Shown here: one piece after another, positions 9,838 to 18,644 of the stretch
How the letters are laid out: each line of letters begins with the position of its first letter
Numbering within the stretch: position 1 is the first letter of the stretch
Source: a virus
Lineage: Duplodnaviria > Caudoviricetes
IMG/VR virus record: IMGVR_UViG_3300032320_000899
Coordinates: 1-41,948 of that record
Direction: 5' to 3' (one strand)
Length of the DNA stretch: 41,948 bases
Program-made: the position numbers and the translations under genes
The notes under the pieces: model-generated
The model's database searches: none
Seen by the model: only the letters and a program-made list of their open reading frames with translations
What the model was told of the DNA's origin: nothing

Positions 9838-11747
9838 TAACTAGCACCGCCCGTAGTAATAATATTAATGTATGAGCTCTCAAGAATTGGAACTTCATTT
9901 ACAGAGCAAGATAAGTCTGCTACGTTTCCAAAACCTTGAATAACAATAGCTGTTCCGCTACTTACTGTTGAAGATGGCGCAGCACTAATGTTGACTCCAC
10001 CTGTTGTAGCGTTTGCAACAGCAGTAGATGTAGAGCCTCCAGCAGCTGTTGCAACAATGGTAAACTGTGTTGCAGTGGCACTAGCAATTGGTAACGTTAC
10101 GTTATATTGAGTGCTTGTTGCTCCAGTAACTGCTACCGTTTGCCCAGGAACAAACGTGTTGCTTGCCGTGTAGGTAATTACCGTTCCTGCTGAGGTATAA
10201 GAAACTGCTGTAATATTAGCACTGGTTCCAGCTAAGCTAGATATGGTGGCGTTATTAAAAGCCGTTGGAGAAATTATTCTTGGTTTAACTGTTCCAGATG
10301 ACCATAGCCCAGATGTACTATCTACTATCAACACGGTTGATCCCGTAGTAGCGTTAGTTTCTAGAGTTGCGGTTTGGCTGTAGATACCTGAACCACTACT
10401 TGGGTTGCTAATAAACTTTTCAAAATCATTTATAATTACATACTCAACGCCGTCTACTGCATTACAGGTTGCGTAAATATCACCTAAAGTAATTAAATCA
10501 TTAAAGGTAACGTTTGCAAAATTTAATAAAGTTTCTAAAGCATCCCCTACAGCAGCTCCTACAAGCGCTGCGTTGTATTGACTGCGAACCTGTACAGTGA
10601 CCGTTAAGTATGGGTATACTGCAGTAAAATCTTGGATAGACACAGTTGTCCCAGGTGGAATTTTATCAACAAAGTAGTCATACACAGTTTGTTTAAACGC
10701 AGTTGTAGTTAATCTACCACCAGAAGCCGCAATAAATAAAACAATAGAAGCTAGGCTAGTTGCCATAGCATTTGCTTTTTCAACCCCATTAAATTGAACA
10801 GCAAGGCTTGAGTAGTCTTTTAAAGATACCGCTCTATCCAAAGCTCTTAAAGAAAGCGGAGCATTTACTCTAACAGAGTCAGTAGATTCGGCGTCAGTGC
10901 CCCCAGAAAAACCAAGTTCATTAGTTACAGCTATTCCAAATATGTTTATATTTTTTACTGAGTTAGCCGCTACGTTTCCAACAGACCCTGATGTTTCCGA
11001 ATACCTGTACGTTACTGAAATTGACGATCCGTTCGGTGGAATACGACCAGAAATTCCATCACCAAATACTACGTAAGTAATTCCAGCGCCATCAGTATAT
11101 GTGTAGTAAACAGCATCCGTACTATTTGCATCAATAATAAAATTAATTTTACTGTAGGTAATTCCAGCAACAGTAACGGTAATTCCTGCTCCTGTTATTA
11201 CTCCAGTATTTGATAACGGAAATTCTTGGTTAGGAGTTCCAGTAGATGTACCTACAGTCTCTGTTGTACTTTTACCTTGAGTTACTGCAACGGATGCAGT
11301 TCCATTAACAATACCAACTTGTGCTGGAACATTCACTGCTTCATTAAGGGTAAACGTTACAGCGGGGTTAATTCCATCAGCCGTGGTAGAAACCTCAGTT
11401 CCAGCAGCAATTGTTGCTTCTGTAGCCCCAGAGTTGCTAAGTGTTACTGTGCCAGTTGCAGCGTTAACATCGTTTGGAATATAATTTAATAATTTAGCTA
11501 AGTTAAGAACGGTGTCTCTTTGAGTAGCCGTAGAAATAAATGCTTCATTAGCTGCTCTGTCAATTTGGTAGTTAAGGAGGTCACCAAGATAAGCAAACAA
11601 CTCAAGCAATACAATACCAAAGTCTCCCGAGTCACGGGAAGTCCATTGGGGAGCAAAATTTGGAATGAGCGCTTTCAAGTCTTTACTTAAAGACGCGTAA
11701 TCCCTAGATGTGTAGTCTACCTGTGGTAGGTATAAATTGTCAGCCAC
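9837..11747 (-). CDS. Baseplate J / T4 gp6-like wedge protein
   Basis: VDYTSRDYASL, DFGIVLLELFAYLGDLLNYQIDRAANEAFISTA, FGDGISGRIP, GGTDAES..VRVNAP..RAVSLKDY. Confidence 0.92.
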   Translation of the reverse strand: MADNLYLPQVDYTSRDYASLSKDLKALIPNFAPQWTSRDSGDFGIVLLELFAYLGDLLNYQIDRAANEAFISTATQRDTVLNLAKLLNYIPNDVNAATGTVTLSNSGATEATIAAGTEVSTTADGINPAVTFTLNEAVNVPAQVGIVNGTASVAVTQGKSTTETVGTSTGTPNQEFPLSNTGVITGAGITVTVAGITYSKINFIIDANSTDAVYYTYTDGAGITYVVFGDGISGRIPPNGSSISVTYRYSETSGSVGNVAANSVKNINIFGIAVTNELGFSGGTDAESTDSVRVNAPLSLRALDRAVSLKDYSSLAVQFNGVEKANAMATSLASIVLFIAASGGRLTTTAFKQTVYDYFVDKIPPGTTVSIQDFTAVYPYLTVTVQVRSQYNAALVGAAVGDALETLLNFANVTFNDLITLGDIYATCNAVDGVEYVIINDFEKFISNPSSGSGIYSQTATLETNATTGSTVLIVDSTSGLWSSGTVKPRIISPTAFNNATISSLAGTSANITAVSYTSAGTVITYTASNTFVPGQTVAVTGATSTQYNVTLPIASATATQFTIVATAAGGSTSTAVANATTGGVNISAAPSSTVSSGTAIVIQGFGNVADLSCSVNEVPILESSYINIITTGGAS

Positions 11748-12167
11748 TTAAAGCACCTCTAACGTTTCACCCGCATTATTGAGGGAAGATGTTGATATTT
11801 TAACAGAATCTGTATCCCCAGAGGGAAGTGAATAAATTATAGTAAAAGTAACCGCTGCATTGTCTGAGTCAATATCAACAGAAACTTCAGATAGTTCTAG
11901 GTCGGGCAACCAGGATATAAATAGTTGGGAAATAGCTGTTCTTGCATCTTCCACAACTTGAGAACTGGTTTCAAATATTAGACTGTTTAAGTTAGCTCCA
12001 TAAATATAATACCAAACTCGCTCGTTAATTCCCGTTGATAACAAGGCTAAAAGCTTGTTTCTCCAAACTTTTGGAGAGTTGTCAACAATAGAGTTAACCC
12101 TGCCTTTAGTGGATAAATCAAAAGGAAGGTCAATAACATAAGAGTTATCTAGTACCGTTTTTTTCAT
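11748..12167 (-). CDS. gp25/GpW-like baseplate wedge (sheath initiator)
   Basis: LLSTGINERV...YGANLNSLIFE...AISQLFISWLPDLELSEV; directly before J. Confidence 0.85.
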   Translation of the reverse strand: MKKTVLDNSYVIDLPFDLSTKGRVNSIVDNSPKVWRNKLLALLSTGINERVWYYIYGANLNSLIFETSSQVVEDARTAISQLFISWLPDLELSEVSVDIDSDNAAVTFTIIYSLPSGDTDSVKISTSSLNNAGETLEVL

Positions 12168-12168
12168 T

Positions 12169-12900
12169 TTAGAACGCTCCTAGCCATAGTGGGAAATTAG
12201 GGTCTCCGCCTTCAAACATTACCCAGCAGCCATCCCCAGGAACTGGAAGAAAGCCACCAACAAGGGTCGCAGTTACTGTAAATGAAGGGGTTGCTGGGAC
12301 TACTGCGTCTGCAGGTTTAGCAAGTAATTGAATATGAGTGTCTGTTCCTCGCCACCAAAACTCTAAATAGTCACCCGCTTTAACTGTTAGTACATAGTTC
12401 CAAGCAATAATTTGAGGGTTAGCATTAGCGTCACCACTAATAGCTATGCTTCCGTTGCTTCTTAAAACATTTTGAGTTGGCAAACTTCCATTTAGCTTAA
12501 CCCAAATATCCGCAGTATCGTGTCCCTTGTTAGTTCTTTGCAACTGAGCCGAAAACTGAATGTCATATGTTCCAGCATTAGCAAACGTAAGCTTTGAACC
12601 ATCCACAATAGAAACCCTAAAAGCTTCTTCTTTTGTGTTAATGGTTATTACTTGAGGAGTATTAACTGCTGCAATGTCTTGAGTAGTTGAGTCACTAAAA
12701 GAGCCGTAAGGAGCTTTTTTATTTTCAGGTACACCAACAATAGGCCAAGCCCAACCAGTTACCGCATTGCCAAGTATCTGAGGCACTTTCATTTTAATAC
12801 GGTTTAAGTTTTCTGGGTCATTAGTATCAACAACAATGCCACGGTAAATTCCATAAAACCTTTTATCGGCAAGATCACTAGCAAGTAAATTAGATAACAC
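12169..12900 (-). CDS. Gp5/GpV-type spike OB-fold protein with inserted C1q/TNF-like domain (likely GTG start at 12900)
   Basis: FYGIYRGIVVDTNDPENLNRIKMKVP...GWAWP and LPVPGDGCWVMFEGGDPNFPLWLG flank a ~160-aa insert; GGAG 7 nt upstream of the GTG. Confidence 0.85.
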   Translation of the reverse strand: MLSNLLASDLADKRFYGIYRGIVVDTNDPENLNRIKMKVPQILGNAVTGWAWPIVGVPENKKAPYGSFSDSTTQDIAAVNTPQVITINTKEEAFRVSIVDGSKLTFANAGTYDIQFSAQLQRTNKGHDTADIWVKLNGSLPTQNVLRSNGSIAISGDANANPQIIAWNYVLTVKAGDYLEFWWRGTDTHIQLLAKPADAVVPATPSFTVTATLVGGFLPVPGDGCWVMFEGGDPNFPLWLGAF

Positions 12901-14218
12901 CGCGAGACTCCAACCTATTAGCCGCTGCCCGAGAGCGTACTCTTGTGTCACTTGCAGTAGTTGCTTCTGATTTAGGAAGCTTTGCTCTCCATGTTGTTGC
13001 TTTATTAGTAACTGCGCTATTTGGCAAACTTGTGTTTGTTACAAGGGTAAACCCGTCATTAGCTGTTGCTTGAGACCCCGCTGTTAAAACAGACTCTGAG
13101 TTTACTGAAACATTTTTTACTCCAGAAATTAAGACTCTTTCTGGAATATCGTTTGGGGCTTCTACAAGTCCGTCAGACCAAACGGAAGCGGCGCCAATTG
13201 AGTCGGACCCAACTTCTAAAATAGTTGTATACCGTAATATGTTAGGGCTAGTTTCAACTATGTAATGTTTAGCGGATAAAATTATCCAATAACCAGTGTA
13301 GTCTTTGCCAATGCCGCCTAAGTAAATAGGTTTATCAGGCCCTAACGTAGGGGTTCCTAAAACCTCAATCCTAGCTCTGTAAGGAAAACGATTTCTTTGA
13401 TTGACTCCAATAGCTTCATAGTATGCTGCATCATAGCCAGGAGCCACGGTGTCTACGGAATAACTATCAAATAATTCAGTCCTAGACGTTTCTCTTAAGG
13501 TATCTAATCTAGTATCTGTTACTAAACTTGAATTAATATTTTTTGGGTCAACGCCACCGATTTGAGTTGCAGACTTATACGCATCTACGTAACGTACGGA
13601 CTCACCAAGAGTTAAATTAAAGGAGTATAGCGTAGAACCCGCTGGGTCATTAGCCTCTCGCATAATAAAAGACTTAGCGTTTTTTCTTTGGTACGTATAC
13701 TCGCTAGTTAACCCTTGAAAAAATATTGAGGTGTTTTGAACACGGAACGTGTACCCACATTGTTTAGCTAATCTAGTTATTAACTGAAGTTCAGTTTGAC
13801 CAGCTTGAACAACTTGCTCATAAACTCTGGGGTGAGGCTCTACAGTAGCTTGTAATGAATACTCTTGAGCTATTTGTTCTACTATCTGAGAGGCAGTTAC
13901 ATTGGTAAACACTCGTTGTCTAGACTGTTTTAATTTATAAGATGCTCCAATTAGAGTCATTTTTACAAATGCTTTTCCAGGAGTTATCTCAGGATTGATG
14001 TCGTGGATGTACCCAACAAATTCTCTAAGCTCTTCTCGACCTTTAATTACACAACGAACAGGCTCTCCTGGTCTGATATTAGAATACTTTACATCCCAGT
14101 CCCTAAATTTAACAACAGCTACTTCATGCGCGTAGCGCTCTTGGTTTAGGGTAAACGAAAGTAACCGTTGAGGCGGAGATTCTGCCAACGGAAATTCAAT
14201 CGTAACGTAATTAAGCAT
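12890..14218 (-). CDS. Baseplate hub (GpD / T4 gp27 / VgrG N-terminal-like)
   Basis: RVFTNVTASQIVEQIAQEYSL...QAGQTELQLITRLAKQCGY; VLGTPTLGPD..I.LGGIG..YTGYWIILSAKH. Confidence 0.85.
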   Translation of the reverse strand: MLNYVTIEFPLAESPPQRLLSFTLNQERYAHEVAVVKFRDWDVKYSNIRPGEPVRCVIKGREELREFVGYIHDINPEITPGKAFVKMTLIGASYKLKQSRQRVFTNVTASQIVEQIAQEYSLQATVEPHPRVYEQVVQAGQTELQLITRLAKQCGYTFRVQNTSIFFQGLTSEYTYQRKNAKSFIMREANDPAGSTLYSFNLTLGESVRYVDAYKSATQIGGVDPKNINSSLVTDTRLDTLRETSRTELFDSYSVDTVAPGYDAAYYEAIGVNQRNRFPYRARIEVLGTPTLGPDKPIYLGGIGKDYTGYWIILSAKHYIVETSPNILRYTTILEVGSDSIGAASVWSDGLVEAPNDIPERVLISGVKNVSVNSESVLTAGSQATANDGFTLVTNTSLPNSAVTNKATTWRAKLPKSEATTASDTRVRSRAAANRLESRGVI

Positions 14219-14492
14219 TAGGTATTCTTAACTCAGTTCCTGCGGGTATGTTAATAAAATCAGTTACTTCAGGGTTGTACTCAGCGATAGCCCACCATAA
14301 GTCTGGTCGGTTATAATATTTATTTGACAGCCCTTGTAGAGTTTCTCCTTCAATAATTGTATGAAGGCTAAACGATATATTAGATAAAGAGTCAAAAGCA
14401 TAAAAAACAATAGGGTAAGTATTTCCGTTCTCGTCTTTTTTAAAGTAATCGACAACTGAGTTTTCATACCTAGAGCCTGATACGATAGCCAT
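14211..14492 (-). CDS. LysM-like baseplate protein (P2 gpX / T4 gp53-like)
   Basis: HTIIEGETLQGLSNKYYNRPDLWWAIAEYNP...IPAGTELRIP. Confidence 0.88.
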   Translation of the reverse strand: MAIVSGSRYENSVVDYFKKDENGNTYPIVFYAFDSLSNISFSLHTIIEGETLQGLSNKYYNRPDLWWAIAEYNPEVTDFINIPAGTELRIPNA

Positions 14493-15517
14493 TATTTTGT
14501 CACCAATCCTGCGGTAGCCATTAAATTGAATTGAAGAGAAACATCGGTTCTAATTGGAATCATGCTTTTACTAAAAGCTATATGGTTCACCGAAATGTTA
14601 TTTACATAACCTAAATAACTTAAAGGCCCAATATCTATCCGAAGAAGGGTAGGGCTTAAGAAACCAATATCAGAACTATCACGTCCTGTAGCTTGGTTTT
14701 TCCAACCAGGGCCATTAATAGCTTTATATAAGTATTCAATGTCGGCTATGGTTCCAAGTTTTCTAAGTTCTTTTATTTTATTTTTAAAGTAACTTTGGTA
14801 AGAACCAGTAGTGTCAAACGTACCTGCTAAATCGTAATATTGTTTATTTGCAAAAGTGGTAGCAATTGTATCTTCACTTGGGTTACTTCTCTGACTGTCT
14901 CGAATTCCTTGAATACAAGCAAAGTCATTAGTTCTATCTAGACGAATTGTAAATGCAAGCGCTTCACCGCTAGGAAATGCCCCAGCTACATCCACAAATT
15001 TGTCAGCAAATGTAGGAGTAATGTCCAGGTTTACAGCAACTGAAGTAGTAATTGTATCTGGATTCCATAAAAACTGAAACCCATATCTAGGGTCTTGTTT
15101 ATTAGACCCAGTATTAGTAGCGGTTGAAGTTGCGTATTTATTGCCAGGCCTGGCGTACCAGTAAATTCTTCCACGTCGGTACCTATCGGATACGCCAATG
15201 TTTAATTTTCTAGCTTTTTGGTTAACTACGGTATTACCTAGCATAGTAGAAGGCTCAACAGGCATACTCCATTGATGTGGCGGTAAGTTCCATTGGTATC
15301 GATATAAAACATTTGGAGGAGTAGTTAGGGTCTTAGGAACACTAGAGGTAGGGCTAGATGTTAACGCAAGGTTTATTTTACCTGTATTTGTTGTTATAGG
15401 AGCTACGGAGGTAAACGCCGAAGTCTCTACTGCCGAACTACTGTTCTGTGCAATTTGCCTTGAAAGAGATGCGCTAGAACTTGGTAGACTTCCGTCACCA
15501 TTAATAACATTTGCCAT
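14492..15517 (-). CDS. Tail tube initiator-like baseplate protein
   Basis: FQFLWNPDTIT and GYVNNISVNH..FSKSMIPIRTDVSLQF typical of tube-initiator proteins; between tape measure and LysM. Confidence 0.7.
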   Translation of the reverse strand: MANVINGDGSLPSSSASLSRQIAQNSSSAVETSAFTSVAPITTNTGKINLALTSSPTSSVPKTLTTPPNVLYRYQWNLPPHQWSMPVEPSTMLGNTVVNQKARKLNIGVSDRYRRGRIYWYARPGNKYATSTATNTGSNKQDPRYGFQFLWNPDTITTSVAVNLDITPTFADKFVDVAGAFPSGEALAFTIRLDRTNDFACIQGIRDSQRSNPSEDTIATTFANKQYYDLAGTFDTTGSYQSYFKNKIKELRKLGTIADIEYLYKAINGPGWKNQATGRDSSDIGFLSPTLLRIDIGPLSYLGYVNNISVNHIAFSKSMIPIRTDVSLQFNLMATAGLVTK

Positions 15518-15525
15518 TGTGTCCT

Positions 15526-17028
15526 CTAACTCTTAGCTGTCATAGCTTTGTAAATTGCATCCCCAAATGCGTACGGATCATCACCAGTAGTAGTAACGTT
15601 AATTGTTATAGCACCTGTGTACAAAGGTCCAGCCTTTGAAGCCATAGTTGCGCCTGTGGTACTTATACCAGTTGACTCAGGATTAAGGTCTAATTTTCCA
15701 GCCGTTAACGCATCGTTTAAAGTTTTAATTACTGAAACTCCACCAACTGCAAGTGCTCCGTAACCACCAGTTGCAGTATCTGCCAGCAATCCGCCAGCAC
15801 CTCCTCGTATACCAGATAAAGTTTCCATCATGGTAGTTATGTTTAAACCTGCTCTAATTGCCGCGCCCGCTTTAGTGTTTTTATCACCTTCAGAGCCCAT
15901 AAAGTTAAACATTCCTTGAGCTATGTTATTTGCTCTAGTAAGTCCTTGAACAACAGGGTTAGACAATTTTTGTAACATCTGTAACTCTGATGTGCTTCTA
16001 TTGCTTGTAGTCATTGCTCCCTGGGTTAAAGCACCACTTTCTTCAAGCGAGCCTCTTTTAGGATATTTTTTGCTTGTTGTTTTTGCAAAACCCATTCCTT
16101 TTGATTTTTGAATAAGCCCAGCAATAATTGTAGAGCGAATGTTAGGGTCTCCACCAAAATATTGATTAATAATACTGTCTAACGCATTACCAGACATAGC
16201 AGATATAGCAATGTCTCTTTCACTAACAGGTCCGTTTCTAGCTAGTAATGTGTATAACTGGTCAATAATATTACTTAGATCATTCATACCAGTACCATCA
16301 GGAGTTCTAACTTGAACGCCAAACATTTTTAACATGTTTACGTTAGATGCTTGGTTTAATCCAGCCATTACTCCAGCGCCGCCAGTAATTCCTATACCAG
16401 GAGTAAGGTTTGAGGCTAGTGCTGCACCACCAAGAATTCCTGTGTATCCTGTGCCAGCTCTAAAATTTTTTAAACCAGGCATTAATCCCGATGAAACTAA
16501 ACTATTAATTGCAGTAGGGGCATCCAGCGCACTAATTGCAGTACCCATATTTGAAGCCTGCTTTTGAATATTAAAGCCTTCTTTATTGGATATGTTCCCA
16601 TTAGTGTAAAATCTAAGTCTATTTGAAAGTTGCTCTAAGTATACGGACTCTTGAGTAGTTGGCGCTAATGATGCCGCAGCCATTAAATTATTTATCCCAT
16701 AGAGTCCCGCAGCTCCTAGGCCGCTAACAGCTTTACGAAAACCTGTGCGTTCGTCTGCTGACTTAAATCTTTCTGGGGTACTAGGTATTGGAGCGCTTGG
16801 CGCAGTGCTTGTAGGTGCTCCGCCTGCAAATGAAGCAAAACCATTAGAGCCAAAAGTTCCGCCAGGACCAGGTGCGGATGTGCTTACATTAGCTTTAATA
16901 GTAGATGAGGAACCGTTAGGGCGAAGTGCCTCACCTGTGCCTTTGGCTGCATTTTGACCCCGTTCAAGCTCATTCGCTATGTCGGTTACAAGACTCTTAG
17001 TTTCGTTTAAATCATCATTCAGTGCCAT
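15526..17028 (-). CDS. Tape measure protein (short, 500 aa)
   Basis: Ala/Gly-rich; position after the chaperone pair; C-terminal ITINV motif. Confidence 0.7.
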   Translation of the reverse strand: MALNDDLNETKSLVTDIANELERGQNAAKGTGEALRPNGSSSTIKANVSTSAPGPGGTFGSNGFASFAGGAPTSTAPSAPIPSTPERFKSADERTGFRKAVSGLGAAGLYGINNLMAAASLAPTTQESVYLEQLSNRLRFYTNGNISNKEGFNIQKQASNMGTAISALDAPTAINSLVSSGLMPGLKNFRAGTGYTGILGGAALASNLTPGIGITGGAGVMAGLNQASNVNMLKMFGVQVRTPDGTGMNDLSNIIDQLYTLLARNGPVSERDIAISAMSGNALDSIINQYFGGDPNIRSTIIAGLIQKSKGMGFAKTTSKKYPKRGSLEESGALTQGAMTTSNRSTSELQMLQKLSNPVVQGLTRANNIAQGMFNFMGSEGDKNTKAGAAIRAGLNITTMMETLSGIRGGAGGLLADTATGGYGALAVGGVSVIKTLNDALTAGKLDLNPESTGISTTGATMASKAGPLYTGAITINVTTTGDDPYAFGDAIYKAMTAKS

Positions 17029-17037
17029 GCTAATCCT

Positions 17038-17148
17038 TTATCTTCTGGCTCTTCTAAGCCAATTTTGCCTTTCCCTAAAAGAAAGTAAGCGTATGTCGCT
17101 CATGCTCCAACCAGGAAATGCACGGATTAGTACTTCATAGGTGTCCAT
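17038..17148 (-). CDS. Second tail-assembly-chaperone segment (36 aa; probably reached by +1 frameshift)
   Basis: MDTYEVLIRAFPGWSMSDIRLLSFRERQNWLRRARR; GW..S.I..L...ER..WL pattern typical of small pre-TMP ORFs; no RBS; not in ORF track. Confidence 0.8.
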   Translation of the reverse strand: MDTYEVLIRAFPGWSMSDIRLLSFRERQNWLRRARR

Positions 17149-17170
17149 TAAATATTCGTAGTCTTTATTA

Positions 17171-17968
17171 TTATAGGCGAAATAAGTCCGCTAGACTTAG
17201 TGATAACAGAATTTCCGTACCACATGCCTTGCAAGCCTTACTCACCTCCCCAAGGCGTGGGCCTGGGTTTCTTTTGTATATTTCATTTGCAAGAAGCTCT
17301 CGGTCAGCCATTCCCAGTCCTAGAGCAGTACTTCTGCCCATTGAAGGCTCACCGTTTATAGAGATTAAGCACCCTGATAGCAATGCAGTAACAAGCTCTG
17401 GAAGAGCGCTGTTTTCAATTTCTAATAAACGCTTTGTTGTTACGCCATTAGGTAGCCCAACTGTAAACTCCCCAGCTTTTCCTTTTACAGTAAATACTCG
17501 ATCATTAATTGGGTTTTCTAAAAATTCAGTTTTTAAATCTGTTTCTAAATCGAACTCAATATCTTGAAGTTCCCCGCAAGTGCAGGTTACTTTAAACGGA
17601 ACAATGCTGCCAAAAGTAGCAATCCTAATACCTACAAGAATAGATTCTCTATCCCCAGCTAATAAAGTATCTAAGTCTTGTTTTGTAGGAGACTCTTCTC
17701 CCAACGATACAAGACCTCGTTTAAAGATAACTTCTAGCGCACGACCTACAGAAAGTGTTGAGGCAATAACTTCCTCATCAGCTCCAGTAAGCTCACGAAT
17801 AGTAGCAGATTTAATTAATATTCCCTCACTATTAATTAAACCCCCAGGTAAAAATACCTCGTTACTAGTTGGCATTTGCGTAGTAATAGGATCTAGATCA
17901 CTAGACTCGTCCATGAATTGCTTAGCAAGTTCATTAACTTTATCTAGGTCAGTAATTGCTTGTTCCAT
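17171..17968 (-). CDS. Tail assembly chaperone (T4 gp26/gp51-like hub assembly type)
   Basis: ATIRELTGADEE, LLAGDRESILVGIRIATFG, CTCG and CKACG Zn knuckles; between tube and tape measure. Confidence 0.75.
   Translation of the reverse strand: MEQAITDLDKVNELAKQFMDESSDLDPITTQMPTSNEVFLPGGLINSEGILIKSATIRELTGADEEVIASTLSVGRALEVIFKRGLVSLGEESPTKQDLDTLLAGDRESILVGIRIATFGSIVPFKVTCTCGELQDIEFDLETDLKTEFLENPINDRVFTVKGKAGEFTVGLPNGVTTKRLLEIENSALPELVTALLSGCLISINGEPSMGRSTALGLGMADRELLANEIYKRNPGPRLGEVSKACKACGTEILLSLSLADLFRL
17177..17182 (-). other. Putative +1 ribosomal frameshift site UUU_CGC
   Basis: TTA TTT CGC CTA TAA; the +1 frame TTC GCC TAT AAT... runs into the 36-aa ORF and is closed by a TAG four codons upstream of the TTC. 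Confidence 0.65.
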
Positions 17969-18006
17969 TAGTGCTCCTTATTTAGCTCGAAATATTTTAT
18001 CGTAGT

Positions 18007-18630
18007 TTAGGCAAATCCAGCTGGCTTGAAGTTTCCAGTAGTAGCAGTTCCATTTGCGTTAAGCATTGCTACAGATAGGCCTTCATGTACTAATGTCATT
18101 TGCTCAAACATAAGCTCGTTAGCACCAGCGTTTAGATCAGAAAACGCTAGGCTAGTAATCCAAGCATTGTGTAGGTAAAATCCAATTCTTGGAATGTTGG
18201 TTGAAGTCCCAGCATTTGGGTGGTCCATAGCTTCAATAGTTACTTTACAACGAAAATTTCTAGCGTTACTGGTAGTACCTACAGCCAGTCCTTCTCCCGA
18301 TGCTGCGGCAAATAAGCCTCTCATCCAAGTAATCGCACTATCATTTCCGTACAAAGCTCCACGGCTAAACGTTACAGGCGAGAATGTAGCCATGCCAGGA
18401 ACCTGGTGCATAGTAGTGTTGTACCCACCCTCACGGTACGTGATAGGAGCTACCGTAGTATTAAGACCAGATACGGAGTTAAACCCGCCACTAAAGCTAG
18501 TAATAGCGGGACTAAACGCGGTTCCACCAGCAATGTTAAATTTAGCGCGGAATCTAAATGCACGCATTGGGTCAGTTTGAATGGTAGAACGTGAGTCAAT
18601 CACATTCAGATTTTTAGTTGTTTCTGACAT
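18007..18630 (-). CDS. Tail tube protein (T4 gp19 / eCIS tube-like)
   Basis: DPMRAFRFR, GFNSVSGL..ITYREGG...PGMATFSPVTFSRG, HNAWITSLAFSDLNAG..EQMTLVHEG. Confidence 0.93.
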   Translation of the reverse strand: MSETTKNLNVIDSRSTIQTDPMRAFRFRAKFNIAGGTAFSPAITSFSGGFNSVSGLNTTVAPITYREGGYNTTMHQVPGMATFSPVTFSRGALYGNDSAITWMRGLFAAASGEGLAVGTTSNARNFRCKVTIEAMDHPNAGTSTNIPRIGFYLHNAWITSLAFSDLNAGANELMFEQMTLVHEGLSVAMLNANGTATTGNFKPAGFA

Positions 18631-18644
18631 GTTGTGTTGTCTCC

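Noticed and set aside
12901-12951. Extended N-termini in the ORF track (also 22148-22258, 24958-24987, 28579-28605, 31865-31894, 33608-33622, 38271-38309)
   Set aside because: They overlap upstream genes or regulatory DNA; downstream starts have an RBS or stop-start coupling
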